Positions 25,535 through 40,516 are shown, numbered from the stretch's first letter. The stretch: DNA of 64,000 nucleotides from Octopus sinensis (GCF_006345805.1 NC_043018.1:30008001-30072000); one strand, 5' to 3'. Notes: generated from the sequence alone by a model not told the origin. Program-made: numbers and translations.

Positions 25535-25835
25535 TTAACGGCATTTCGTCTGCCGTTACGTTCTGAGTTCAAATTCCGCCGAGGTCGACTTTGCCTTTCA
25601 TCCTTTCGGGGTCGATAAATTAAGTACCAGTTACGCACTGGGGTCGATATGATCGACTTAATCCGTTTGTCTGTCCTTGTTTATCCTCTCTGTGTTTAGC
25701 CCCTTGTGGGTAATAAAGAAATAGGTATTTCGTCTGCCGTTACGTTCTGAGTTCAAATTCCGCCGAGGTCGACTTTGCCTTTCATCCTTTCGGGGTCGAT
25801 TAAATAAGTACCAGTAACGCACTGGGGTCGATGTA
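25535..25835 (+). mobile_element. SINE family B, tandem head-truncated copies
   Basis: Two cores joined at GAAATAGGTATTTCGTCTGCCG. Confidence 0.85.
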
Positions 25836-26281
25836 ATTTTTCTTGAAAGAATCAAGACCAGTACTTTTTTACATTTCATTTTTAAGCATGAAATTATTCT
25901 ACCGATCTCTTGTGACGAACTGTTAGGTTTCGGGGGACGGAAACACACCGACACCGGTTGCCAAGTGGTGGTGACGGAACGCACATACACACACACACGA
26001 ATATGTATGGCGTATATATTATATTCTCACCGAGAGGGACTTTGGTCCCTTACCAGAATACTCATTTTTGTCAGCAACGTGAAATTAAATGCTTTTGCTC
26101 AAGAATGCAACACATCGCCCAGTCCAAGAATAGAAACCACAATCTGACAATCATAATTCCAACACCACTAACCACTAGGTTACGCACCTCCACTATAAAA
26201 AGCATGATATAATATATATGAAAAAAATATATATATATATAATATGTATAATATAAATGGCATATATATAACACATATGGG

Positions 26282-26344
<63 letters not shown>

Positions 26345-26606
26345 CTCTCTCCCTCTTTCTCTCTATGTGTGTAGATATATATATAATATAAATATATATA
26401 TATATAAATGTATATAAATACAAATATATATATATAAATATATATAAATAAAGGTATATATATATATAAATTTATAATTAATTATTAATTATATTTGAGG
26501 GTACAACTATAATTAATTATTAATTATAAATTTACTAATTTTTCTTTTTGGCTTTAATGCTTGCTAGCTACATTATTGTTATTATTTATTAATAATATTC
26601 TTATAT

Positions 26607-26650
<44 letters not shown>

Positions 26651-26738
26651 ATATTATATATGTATTATATATATACGTATAACATTATTATATGTATTGT
26701 ATATATATATATATATGTATATATATATTCATATATTC

Positions 26739-26778
<40 letters not shown>

Positions 26779-27477
26779 ACTTAATAAAACACGCACACAT
26801 ACACACATATAAATAATATATGTGTTTATGATATATTTCCGTTTAGGGGAGGGTGTGCGCGTATTTGAGAGAGAGGCAGAGGCAGAGATAAAGAAACATT
26901 ATCACATAATCAACACTCCATGGAAACGCAGAGTTCACAATAAATCTCATATTACAATAGAATACGAGAAGCAGACATCCCGACTGCATCCTTTTATCGA
27001 TTAATTCCCGAAAAGGTCTCACTTGAGACTAACTAATGTAGTGGCTAGATGTAAGTGTCCGCATGCTAGTTGCCAACATCATAACCCATCCAGTACTGCC
27101 GAAACTTGAACAGACAGAATACTGATAATGTATTGTGAAATTTGGACGCAATAAGCGCTCTTTATCATTTTCTTTGTTTCAGTCATTGGACTGTGGCCAT
27201 GCTGGGGCACCACCTTGAGGAGTTTTAGTCGAACAAATCGACGCCGGATTTTATTTTTGAAAGTCTGGTTCTTATTCTGTCGTTTTTTGCTGCCGGGATA
27301 TAAACAAACCAGTACCGGTTATGAAACGGTGATATGAATAGACACAAACACGCACATGCGAGGTTTTCTTTCCGTTTCCTTCCACTCACAAAGCTTTGGT
27401 CAGCGCAGCGGCACAGTAGAAGACACATAAGGTAAATGTTATGTAATGCGACTGAACTCAAAGCCATGAGGTTTGGA

Positions 27478-27860
27478 AGCAATTATATCGACCCCAGTGC
27501 GTGACTGGTACTTATTTAATCGATCCCGAAAGGATGAAAAGCTAAGTCGACACCGGTGGAATTTGAACTCAGAACGCAGCGGCAGACGAAATACCGTTAA
27601 GCATTTCGCCCAGCCTGCTTTCTTCTACTGTAGCCCCAGAATAACCTATTTCTTTACTACCCACAAGGGGCTAAACACACAGAGGACAAACAAGGACAGA
27701 CAAACGGATTAAGTCGATTATATCAACCCCAGTGCGTTACTGGTACTTATTTAATCGACCCCGGAAGGATGAAAAGCAAAGTCGACCTCGGCGGAATTTG
27801 AACTCAGAACGTAGCGACAGACAATATACTGCTAAGCATTTCGCCCGGCGTGCTAACGTT
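27478..27860 (-). mobile_element. SINE family B, two adjacent copies
   Basis: Reverse-complement cores at about 27478-27612 and 27645-27860. Confidence 0.8.
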
Positions 27861-28074
27861 TCTGAACCAAAACCTTGTGAGTGGATGTAGTAGACGGAAA
27901 CTGAAAGACGCCTGTTGAATAAACATGCGCTGTGTCTCTTGCCACCGCTTGACAACTGGTATTGGTTTGTTTACGCCTTCATAGCCTGGCGGTTCGGCAT
28001 ATGGTAAGTCCTGGAGTCGACTAAAGATAAATATATTTCAAGGTACTAGTCTAGCATGGCCCACTAAACTACAG

Positions 28075-28340
28075 GGACAGAAAGACACGAGCACCGGCTG
28101 CCAAGTGGTAATGCGGGAAAACACAGACACAAAGATACACACGCTCACGCGCGCACACACACATATACACACATATAAATATACGACGGGGCTTCTCTCA
28201 GTTTCCGTCAACCAAATCCACTCACAAGGCTTTGGCCAGCTCGTGGCTATAGCAGAAGACAATTGCATGAGGTACCACGCAGTTCGGCTGAACCCACAAC
28301 CGCGTCGTTGGGAAGCAAATTTCTTACACACATCCACGCC
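28075..28340 (-). mobile_element. SINE family A, 5' portion
   Basis: Match to the family A head and internal tract. Confidence 0.7.
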
Positions 28341-28343
28341 TGC

Positions 28344-28661
28344 TGGGTCACCGCCAGATGATGTTACTATGTTGGGGTCACCGCCAGATGATGTTACTAT
28401 GTTGGGATCACCGCCAGATGATGTTACTATGTTGGGGTCACCGTCAGATGATGTTACTATGTTGGGGTCACCGCCAGATGATGTTACTATGTTGGGGTCA
28501 CCGTCAGATGATGTTACTATGTTGGGGTCACCGCCAGATGATGTTACTATGTTGGGATCACCGCCAGATGATGTTACTATGTTGGGGTCACCGTCAGATG
28601 ATGTTACTATGTTGGGGTCACCGCCAGATGATGTTACTATGATGTTACTATGTTGGGGTCA
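28344..28661. repeat. 30-bp minisatellite, about 10 copies (TTGGGGTCACCGCCAGATGATGTTACTATG)
   Basis: Contiguous units without spacers; variants CCGC/CCGT and GGGG/GGGA. Confidence 0.95.
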
Positions 28662-29034
28662 CCCTCTCTCTCACCACCGGTAAGTGTAATGACGGTTCCT
28701 TACAGTTGAACCCCATGGAGGAGGGGACCTGAGGACTCTACCCACAAGAACTCTTTAAGAATAGGGGGCGGAGAAGATGGAATGATGGAATGATGGATGG
28801 TTGAAGAAGTAGCAGGCAAATCTCTATAGATCTAAAGAACCAAGTTTGGTCGACGGTTGATATGCATTCAGCAACAAATAGGAATTTAAGTATCCATAAC
28901 TGATATAATTAGAACTGACTGGTAACATTCTAAATATGAGCTTATCGAACAGTGTTCTGTAGTCTCAGATACAACAATAATAATTATTATTCTATAATGT
29001 ATAAAAAGCAAAACAAAAAACATATGGTACATAT

Positions 29035-29375
<341 letters not shown>

Positions 29376-29619
29376 GTGGTCGTTCTTATGTAAATATATA
29401 CATGTTTGCGCGTGTGTGTATGTATGAGTGTGTGTGTGTGTATGAGTGTGTGTGTGCGTGTGTATGTATATGTGTGTGTGTATGAGCGACATTAGACAAC
29501 GGCATACATGCATACACATACACATGCATACACATACATATATACATACGTACACACACACACACACACACATACACACATATATATATATATTGGGAGA
29601 GAGAGAGAGAGATATAGAG

Positions 29620-29794
29620 AAATCGTTATCCACTAAACCTTTTTTATTTTCTTCCCCTGTTTATTTCTGTGTTCCTTTTCGTCGAAGAGCGTAGGCTCGA
29701 AACGTAAAAGACTTTCTCACTTCCCGAGCCTTAAACTAATACATCTGTTTGTTGTTTATACACCCGTTTTCGTCTTTTTTCGTTTTGTAAATTT

Positions 29795-29800
<6 letters not shown>
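29620..29800 (+). mobile_element. H1 family element; hammerhead-like motif 29675-29710 with damaged core (..CGUCGAA)
   Basis: GAAGAGCGTAGGCTCGAAACGTAAAAGAC plus the shared downstream block. Confidence 0.7.
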
Positions 29801-29845
<45 letters not shown>

Positions 29846-29862
29846 TAGATACAGCACGAAGT

Positions 29863-29913
29863 TTTGTCAGTGAACAGGTCGCGGTCTCAAAGCGACGAAA
29901 ATATTTTGAGAAA
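29863..29913 (+). ncRNA. Minimal type I hammerhead-like motif with G3-C8 core (GUGAACA) plus one extra G
   Basis: Stem I UUUGUCA/UGAGAAA (one mismatch), stem II GUCGC/GCGAC, GAA, palindromic AAUAUU, U17 at 29906. Confidence 0.55.
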
Positions 29914-29988
29914 TTAAATTTAAATGTTGAAGTGTATCTAACGGTTTTGTGTGTTTCTTAAATGGCTTATAAACACTTTCCACCCTGC

Positions 29989-30067
<79 letters not shown>

Positions 30068-30459
30068 ATAAATTTAAATTTATATCGTCACTGTATTTAC
30101 TGCGGTGATATTTTACCATATAGCACATGGAATTAGCGGGCATTTTGAACTAGCCTTGATGCATACGTGCATATATATGTATGTATACGTTCGTATATGT
30201 AAGTATTTGTATGTTGTATTTATATATATATATATATGTTTTTGTGTTTCTTTCTGAGTATATTCTACTGACGAGGCAGGGCATTTCTAAATGCAAAGTC
30301 AGAGATCCGGGATCTAGAATTATCCAGTAATTTTTTACTAGTTTCATCTTGTCTCTTTGTTTTTTCTCCATATTGCTATATGAAAACTTAAGGTTGTTTT
30401 AGAGTCGGTTTTCAGCATGGTGGTATCACGTAGATACCCTAATTTTAAATTTATACACA

Positions 30460-30500
<41 letters not shown>

Positions 30501-31154
30501 TAATATATATATATATTGTATAAATCGAGTAACATCCTCGTAACGTGCATTTAATAGTACCTACACCGTTATTTTGCAACAACACGTTACTGTGCAGCAG
30601 AGTATTTCTAAGGTTGGATACATATGTGGGACTCCTTTGGCATAGGGTTAATATAAGAACAATATAATTCAAGGATGGAAGAAACCAGGCTTTAATAGTA
30701 AAATCACAACATTTGTTTCTACACCTGACACCAGCCTCCAAGTTGCTGACTTTACATTCATATACAAGGTTATTCTTTAGAATTATTGCAGAATTGAATA
30801 GTTTTCAGCAAAAGTTGTGTGTGGTCGCTTCGTCTGGCCGAATGCGATCAAACACTGTCGGATTTTTCTGAATTTCCTCAGTTATATTTCCGAAGAAGTC
30901 AATAGTTATTATAAAGAATATTCATGTATGATGATATATAAATGAAAAGTTAACAACTTGAAGCTGGGATTCGGTGTAGAAACAAATGTGATTTGCTATT
31001 GTACATACATGCATACATTCATACATACACACACATACATACATTCATACATACATACACATACATATGTACATACACATAATACATACATTCATACATG
31101 CATACATATATACACACATGCATACACACATATATACATACACATACATACATG

Positions 31155-31519
<365 letters not shown>

Positions 31520-31740
31520 AGAGCTTACGAAAAAAACCAAAAGACGAAGACAGGTGGTGTACAAAACAAACAAATGTATTAGTATAACGCTCAGGAATAG
31601 AAAATGTATTTTACGTTTCGAGCCTACGCTCTTCTACAGACAGGGACACAGAAAAAAAAAACAAGATGAGAAACAAGGAGAGAAAAAAGGAGAGAAAAAA
31701 ATGTGTGTAGTGGCTAACGATCTATCATGGCGACTGACCA
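31520..31740 (-). mobile_element. H1 family element; core CUGUAGA+A, stem I decayed
   Basis: TTTACGTTTCGAGCCTACGCTCTTCTACAG at about 31610-31639; flanks homologous to 22690-22900. Confidence 0.7.
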
Positions 31741-31863
31741 TATATATATAAAGCTGCAAAATTATTCCAAAATTGTGCTTTAATGAAAGCTGCATAATTA
31801 TCGCAAAACTTGGTTTTATTAAAGCTGCAAAATTAGCATGATACACACACACAGACACACACA

Positions 31864-31913
<50 letters not shown>

Positions 31914-32434
31914 ACACACACACGATGATAGTGAGAGAGAAAGAGAGTAAAAGAGTGAGGAAGTGAGATGGAGAGAGAGAGAGAGAGGGAGAGAGTTCTA
32001 TGCTTGTTTAACTCTTCCAGAATTCACTTCATCCTGCGAAATAGACTTGTGTAAAAATCATCTCAGTTTATGATTTATTCCTCGTTAAAAACCTCTTAAA
32101 CGTCTTGTTCTCATTTCCCCCATTCGTTTGGCACACACAATCTAACATTAATATTTATTACACGATTCTAGATTATGGAGAATCCAACATCTCGTTCGCC
32201 AATCAGTTGATATGTAATAATTATACTCTGTGCTTGTGTGTGTATGTGTGCGTGTGTTAAGAGTGAGTGTGTGTGTGTATCTGTGAGCGAGTGAGTGTGT
32301 GTGTGCTTGTGTATGTATGCGTGCTTGTGTGTGTTGTGTGTGTGTGTGCGTGTGTGTGTTTATGGTAACTGAAAATATTCTGTTGTATTCTTTCACTTCT
32401 GATATTAAAATTCATTTATCAAATTGGTACCACC

Positions 32435-32548
32435 ATTATCATCATCACCATCATCATCAATCATCATCATCATCATCATCATGATCATCATCACCATCAC
32501 CATCACCATCACCACCACCACCACCACCACCACCACCACCACCACACC

Positions 32549-32603
<55 letters not shown>

Positions 32604-32671
32604 CCACCACCACCACCACCACCACCATCATCACCACCACCAGCACCACCAGCACCACCACCAGCACCACC

Positions 32672-32740
<69 letters not shown>

Positions 32741-32750
32741 GTCATCATCA
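32435..32750. repeat. (CAT/CAC/CAG)n compound microsatellite
   Basis: Visible array. Confidence 0.95.
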
Positions 32751-33011
32751 TCTCACTCTCTCTTTTTCTCTGCCTCTCTCTCTCTCTCTCTCTCTCTGTT
32801 TTTGTCCTTTATATTTTCTTTACTTCGCTATATTTTATAGTTGTTTAAACAGATTTAAAAAGGCGAACACATAATAAGACACACTTTCTCTATTCCCGCA
32901 TTTCTCTCACCCTGGCTTACTAGAGACAATCTCTGCCTCTGCCCTCCCTGTCTCTCATACTACAACATAACACGTGTTCAACAAGTACACATACATTATC
33001 TCTCTTTCTAT

Positions 33012-33104
<93 letters not shown>

Positions 33105-33105
<1 letters not shown>

Positions 33106-33340
33106 TAAAGGCAGAAAATATAACAAAAGCTGTTACTCAGAGTTTCACGTTCCCGTTCGTCGGACAGTTTTGTTAAAAAAAAAATTAACACAGCTGTCCG
33201 ACGAACGGGAACGTGAAACTCTGAGTAACAGCTTTTGTTATATTTCTACTGCTTTTAAATAAAGTATATACTTTACATCTGATCTGGCATTTCAGTACTC
33301 TTTTTATCCACCTTGTTTCACATTTATGTGCTTACTCCTT
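33105..33340. mobile_element. H2 family inverted pair: two hammerhead-like motifs head-to-head (33123-33172 minus, 33192-33233 plus)
   Basis: About 50-bp inverted arms around a ~25-bp spacer; flanked by (TA)n. Confidence 0.75.
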
Positions 33341-33355
33341 ATGATATATATATTA

Positions 33356-33408
<53 letters not shown>

Positions 33409-33420
33409 AGTGTGTGTGTA

Positions 33421-33589
33421 GGCGCAGGAGTGGCTGTGTGGTAAGTAGCTTGCTTATGAACCACATAGTTTCGGGTTCATTCTCACTGCTTGGCACCTTG
33501 GGCAAGTGTCTTCTACTATAGCCACGGGCCGATCAAAGCCTTGTGAGTGGATTTGGTAGACTGAAACTGAAAGAAGCCCGTCGTATATA

Positions 33590-33644
<55 letters not shown>

Positions 33645-33840
33645 ATATGTTTGTGTGTCTGTGTTCCCCCCCCACACATTGCTTGACAACCAATGCTGGT
33701 AACCTAGCGGTTCGGCAAATGAGACCGATAGAATAAGTACTAGGCTTATAAAGAATAAGCTCTGGGGTCGATTTGCTCGACTAAAGGCGGTGCTTCGTTA
33801 TGGCCGCACTCAGATGACTGAAACAAATAATGAGTAAAAG
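33421..33840 (+). mobile_element. SINE family A, near full length
   Basis: Consensus head and tail. Confidence 0.88.
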
Positions 33841-34038
33841 GGTATATATATATATAATATATATATATATATACCCTTTTACTCATTTTATTTGTTTCAG
33901 TCATCTGAGTGCGGCCATAACGAAGCACCGCCTTTATATATATATATAACCCTTTTCTCATTTTATTTGTTTCAGTCATCTGAGTGCGGCATAACGAAGC
34001 ACCGCCTTTAGTCGAGCAAATCGACCCCAGAGCTTATT

Positions 34039-34082
<44 letters not shown>

Positions 34083-34149
34083 TATATATATATTATATAT
34101 ATATATATATGGATAGATAGATAGATAGATATACATATGTATATATATA

Positions 34150-34266
34150 TCACGTGATCACGTGACCGACCAGACCATCAGATGATGCTACACATCGCTG
34201 ATCACAATGCGTTTGCATTGTTTTAGCTTCGAACGACGCCACCCCGCTGCTACGCGAGCAGGCCAT
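34150..34266 (-). mobile_element. 3' tail fragment of SINE family C; opposite-strand copy at 35631-35750
   Basis: The same ~115-bp block continues into a tRNA/CORE-like head at 53311-53570. Confidence 0.65.
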
Positions 34267-34267
34267 G

Positions 34268-34328
<61 letters not shown>

Positions 34329-34508
34329 ATATATATATGTATATGTCTATCTGTCGGTTTATCAATCTGTCTGTCTGTCTGTTTGTCTGTCTATCTACTT
34401 ACATACGCACGTACATATATACATACGTTTATAGTATTCAGTATTAATTCAGATCAATTCCTGACTTAAGAATTTTAAGACGAATCTTTGCGTGTGTGTG
34501 GGTGGATA

Positions 34509-34549
<41 letters not shown>

Positions 34550-35286
34550 ATATATATATACGTGTGTGCATATGTGTGTGGTGTGTGTGTATGCGTGTTT
34601 ACACACACATCCACACACACATATATATGTATGCAGTAACGTCTTCACACTTATCCTCACACGTACAAGTTTACTTTTAACGTCTTTCTTTAATTTATCT
34701 TTCACCTCTCCCTTATCCTCTCTCTCTCTCTCTCTCTTCCCGTCTCGCTTTCCATCTCTCTCCCATCCTCTCTCTCTCCCTCTCTTTCTCTCTGGCTTTA
34801 CTTTTTCATTCTAGCCATTTTCATTCTCTACAACAATTTAATTTCTAGCGAACTAAACACTTCTCATTCGCCCATTTCCGGCATTTTCCGTCATCAATTA
34901 TTTTATCGCAGCTTTTATAGCTTTCCGTGGGAATTATTTCTCCCGCCTACATTTCTGGTTATTGATTATCTTCCAGCACAAATACACAAACTATTGCTAA
35001 ACTCACTTGAAGAATTACCACTTCCAGTCTGATATTCTCTCCTTTCTAAGATACATCATTGCTAAAATGTTCGGTTCTCTTTCAAACACCAACAGATTGC
35101 GCCAATGAATCCTTTTTTTGTGCTTTAAGGAAATCATCGATCATTTTGGGCTGTTTTAAGAATAGGAAGCTTTACCTTCTCCCATCAAATAGAAAGATTT
35201 ATCTTTCACCAAGGGAATATATATATATATATATATATATACATACATATATATATATATATTATATATATATATACTATATATAT

Positions 35287-35336
<50 letters not shown>

Positions 35337-35596
35337 CATATATATATATATATATATATGTGTGTGGTGTGTGGGTGTGTTTGTGTGTCTGTGTTTGTCC
35401 CTCTAGCATTGCTTGACAACCGATGCTGGTGTTTACGTCCACGTCACTTAGCGGTTCGGCAAAAGAGACCGATAGAATAAGTACTGGGCTTACAAAGAAT
35501 AAGTCCTGGGGTCGATTTGCTCGACTAAAGGCGGTGCTCCAGCATGGCCGCAGTCAAATGACTGAAACAAGTAAAAGAATAGAAGAAAAAGAAAGA

Positions 35597-35629
<33 letters not shown>

Positions 35630-35774
35630 CTGGCCTGCCAGCTTAGCCAGCGGGATGGCGTCATTTGAAGGCTAAAACAATGCAAAGCGCATTGTGACCA
35701 GCGATGTGTAACAACATCTGATAGTCCGGTCGGTCACGGTGATCACAGTGATATATATATACCAAATATATGCA

Positions 35775-36168
35775 GGCGCAGGAGTGGCTGCGTGGTAAGT
35801 AGCTTGCTTACCAACCACGGGGTTCCAGTTTCAGTTCCACAGCGTGACACCTTGGGCAATATTCTTGTACTATAGCCTCTGGCCGACCAAGGCCTTGTGA
35901 GTGGATTTGGTTGAAGGAAACTGAAAGAAGCCCGTCGTATACACACACGCACATACACACACACACCCTCACACACATGTATGTGTGTATATGTTTATGG
36001 GTGTGTGTGTTTGCTTCCCCAACATCGCTTGACAACCGATGCAAGTGTGTTTACGTCCCCGTAACTTAGCAGTTCAGCTTACAAAGAATAATCCCTGTGG
36101 TCGATTTGCTCGACTAAAGGAGGTACTCCAGCATGGCCGCAGTCAAATGACTGAAACAAAAGAAAGAA
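35775..36168 (+). mobile_element. SINE family A (preceded by another 3' half at about 35385-35582)
   Basis: Consensus blocks. Confidence 0.85.
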
Positions 36169-36191
36169 TAATAATATATATATGTACATCT

Positions 36192-36240
<49 letters not shown>

Positions 36241-36749
36241 CATACAAATATATATATACATATATGTGTACACACACACACACACATATATGTACAGGAC
36301 GTTGTCGGCTGTCCTTCTACTCCTTATTTCGAGCATGTCGTTTATTGCTTGAAATAAAGGACAGTCGACAACAGATGAAGGGTCTTTTCTTATGTTACTC
36401 GTCTTGTTTTCCATTCGTTTCTCTCGTTATTTGCGTTCATGTTGTTTACGTTTTATGATGTCCTGTACACATATATGCGTACCTATATACATTTATATGT
36501 ATGTACATATATGTATGTATATATGTATATATATTCATTATATTGATTGAACGCTACGCATCCATTTCCAAGTAAGTTTATCTATCTATTTACACACACA
36601 TAGACACACACACACAGACACAGACACAGACACAGACACACAGACACACAGACACATTCACACAGACACACAGACACACAGACACACACACACACACAAA
36701 TATATATATCTACTTCGAAGTTTCAGCCAGCTAATGTTTCTGTGGTGTG

Positions 36750-36790
<41 letters not shown>

Positions 36791-37994
36791 TCAGTGTCTG
36801 TGCGTGTGTCTTTGTGTTTGCACCGTATAACCGCTTGACAACCGATGTTGGTTTGTTTAGGTCCCTGTAACGTAGTTGTGCAGCAGATATCATAAGTGTC
36901 AGAATGTAGAAAAAAAAAGAGGATGTAATAGGGTGCATTTGTTTAACTAAAACCTTCAAAACGGTGCCCCAACATGGCCAGTAACTGAAACAATTAAAGA
37001 TTAAGAGATAAAAGATATTGTGTGTGAGTGTGTATGTGTGTGTGTCGGTGCTTCTCAATTTACACGGCATAATTTTCCCTGCTAGTCGAAAATGTGTAAA
37101 TCGATTGAGGTGCGTTTTTAGTAATATTCATAACGAAGCAAACAAAATCGAAATGTTTAATTAATGAAATGGAGTAAGAAGAAACAATTCGATTATAAAT
37201 ATGGCATCTCCCTTTATGATTCCCTAACTTATTGATTTGGCAAATAGAAATTTATACAACAGCTAAGAACTGAAATACCGTATTTACCCGTGTATAAGAC
37301 GCACGCCTTATTTGAGTCAAATTTTAAGGCAGCGAGCTAGCAAAATCGTTAGCACCTCGGTCAAAATGTGTAGCGGTATTTCGTCCGTCTTTTTATTAAT
37401 TAATCAACTAATTAATAAATTAATTAATTAATTAATCAACTAATAAATTAATTAATCTTGTGATGGATCTATCAGAAACAACCGCCATTAAACTTTCCTG
37501 TGAGAACCCATGGGTATTATCAATCACGTTCTTCGCCTACCCTTAGAACTCTTGTCAGTTGTAGAACCCGTCTTGTGATTTTTTTCACGTGACATTCTAA
37601 TCAAATGTCCATCTTTGCGTTGTGGGTTCAAATTCCGTCGAGGTCGACTTTGCCTTTCATCCTTTCTGAGTCGATAAAAATAAGTACCAGTTCAAGATAA
37701 TCGACTAACCCTATCCCCAGAAATTCCAGCCTTGTTAAGAGGGGCTTTTTGCTTAAACAGTTTACATGAAAGTGTTCAAAATTAGCTGTAAAATAAATTT
37801 ATAATTATTTGAAGTTCATCAGAAATCATGCTTGTATAAGAAGCATATACACAGAAGGAAATATATTTAAGTATTTATATAGAATTTTAGGGGAATGACC
37901 AACTTTTCTATTCATCATCTTCTGTCTTGTAGAGTGTGTATGAGAGATGTTTGCTATTTTTAAACATAGTGTGGGAGGTTATTTATACATGTTC

Positions 37995-38260
37995 TTTTTC
38001 TTGTTTCAGTCATATGACTGCGGCCATGCTGGAGCATTGCCTTAAAGGGTGTTGGTCGAAGAAATCGACCCCAGGACTTATTCTTTGTAAGCCTAGTACT
38101 TATTCTATCGGTTTACATTGCCGATCCGCTAGCTTACGGGGACATAAACACACCAGCATCGGTGGTCAAGCGATGGCGGGGGACAAACACACACACACAC
38201 ACACACACACGCACGCATATACACGCTCACACACACACACACAAATATATATACATATAA

Positions 38261-38302
<42 letters not shown>

Positions 38303-38454
38303 GACAGACTTCTTCCAGTTTCCGCCAACGAAATCCACCTACAAGGGTTTGGTCGGCCTGGGTCTATAGTAGAAGACACTTGCCCAAGGTGCCACGCAGT
38401 GGGACTGAACCCGGAATCATATGGTTAGAAAGCAAGCTTCTTACGTCACAGCCA
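37995..38454 (-). mobile_element. SINE family A, full length
   Basis: Reverse complement of the consensus. Confidence 0.85.
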
Positions 38455-38470
38455 CACACACACACGCATA

Positions 38471-40113
38471 CGTTATCTCCTGAAGGAATGTAGATATCAA
38501 CTTGCAGTCCCTCTGACCAACCTCTGGAGAAACTCGTTAGACGCAGGTTATATACCGAAACAGTTTCTATCACAGTCGGTCATCCCGGTTTTCAAACAGG
38601 GAAACAGATCCCTCGCAGTCAACTATCGCCCAATCTCACTCACCTCCCACATCATTAAAGTGTTTGAAAGAGTGTTAAGATCAAGGATAGGTGACTTCCT
38701 GGAGACCCACAAACTCCTAAATTCAAATCAGCATGGCTTTCGCTGTGGCAGGGACTGTCTAACACAGCTCTTACACCACATTGAAGATGTATTCAAAGCC
38801 TTGGGAACAGGTTCGAACTCTGATGTCATATATCTTGACTTCAGTAAAGCGTTCGACAGGGTAGACCATAATATCCTACTCGCAAAATTGGCAAATGTTG
38901 GAATCCGTGGAAAAGTTCTACACTGGATTCAGTATTTCTTGGCGAATAGAACACAACATGTTGTAGTTGATGGAGTCCATTCAAACCCAGCAAAAGTCAC
39001 CAGCGGTGTTCCCCAGGGAACTGTTTTGGGTCCGCTACTCTTCATAATTTACGTAAACGACCTTTCCAGTGTCGTACATCACTGCAAAGTGAAAATATTC
39101 GCTGATGACACTAAGCTCCAGCAAATCGTCAATGAAGAAGCAGACCGAACTCAACTCCAGTCTGATCTATATGCTGTGAGTCAATGGGCAGACAGAAACA
39201 AAATGCAACTGAATGAGGGAAAATTTGAGCTGATGCATTTTGGAAGAAATTCCTCACTAAAACAACCATACTCTCTTCCTTCAGGGGAACCGCTCACAGC
39301 CTCTAACAATATCAGAGACCTGTGTGTAATTGTTGATGACGATCTCAGTTGGAGTGCACACATCAACAAGAAGGTCGATATAGCTCGTAGGATGAGTTCC
39401 TGGATCTTAAGAACTTTCCGGTCCAGAGAACAAGGTGTCATCATACCACTTTTTTCCTCCTTTGTACGGCCACACTTGAATACTGCTGCCCACTGTGGTC
39501 TCCTCACACAAGACAAAACATCTCCAGAATTGAGTCACCCCAGAGGGCTCTCACTAAACAAATTGAAGGCATGGCTGCTCTCGATTATTGGGATCGCCTT
39601 AAAGCCTTGAAACTTTACTCCCTCCAGCGTCGCCGTGAGCGGTACATCATTTGTACGATGTGGAAAATATACCGCCAACTTTGCCCAAACGACCTAAACA
39701 TTAGCTTCAAGGTTCATCCAAGACTTGGACCACGGGCTATACGTCCCCTGCCAAATTCAAGATCACAACATACATGTACACTGCAACATAATTTCTTTTC
39801 CTCAACAGGCCCTGCCCTATTTAACATTGTCCCGAGGGAGATCAAAGAGGAAAAGGATCCCATCAACTTCAAACATAGTCTGGATAGATTCCTTCAAAGA
39901 ATACCAGATAAGCCACCCATAATTGGATACAACTCACCCAACAAGAACTCACTACTTGAACAAAACTGGATACAACTCACCCAACAAGAACTCACTACTT
40001 GAACAAAACTTGACTTAAACAGGATTCGAATAATCCTATCAGGTGGTGCTATTAAGTTAGACATGGCCTGGACCAATCTCTGGTCGAAACATATCTAAGT
40101 TTATCTAAGTTTA
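38471..40113 (+). pseudogene. 5'-truncated CR1-clade LINE: RT domain through 3' end, one frameshift near 39480, (ATCTAAGTTT)n tail
   Basis: NYRPISLTS, QHGF, YLDFSKAFDRVDH, SGVPQGTVLGPLLF, FADD, LYSLQRRRERY. A 1-bp loss turns RPHLEYCCPLWSP out of frame. 42-bp tandem duplication near 39930-40010. Confidence 0.93.
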
Positions 40114-40516
40114 TATACAAATATATATAGATATACGTCTATATACATATACATATATATGTATATACATATATTTTATATATACATATAAATATGTATA
40201 TTTATGTTATACACACAGACACTCACTCACACACACATATATATATATGCATGTATACTATGCTATACATACACGAACGCATGCACACACATAGACAGAA
40301 AGACACACACACACTTACACACACACACATACACCCACACATTTGTGTACGTTTCATACTTCTAGAACAGTCAGTTGGTTTCTTTCAACATCAACCGTTA
40401 TTTTTTAATGGAATTTTTTCACAAGCTGTTTTGCAATTACAAATTATCCCTTGATCTAAACATTGTATAAGTGATGTCACACCAAGTGTCAAGTAGACAA
40501 CATTAACGTTAAGACA

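Noticed and set aside
28105-28683. 192-aa ORF with GSPPDDVTML repeats; array as CRISPR
   Set aside because: The ORF is a SINE fragment plus a 30-bp minisatellite. The repeats have no unique spacers and the DNA is eukaryotic.
30805-30860. Minus-strand CAGACGA...GAAAAC as a U4A hammerhead
   Set aside because: Stem I cannot form and stem III is poor.
36705-36745. Minus-strand GAA-ACUUCGAAGU-A palindrome
   Set aside because: The upstream core and stem I are absent or replaced by microsatellite.
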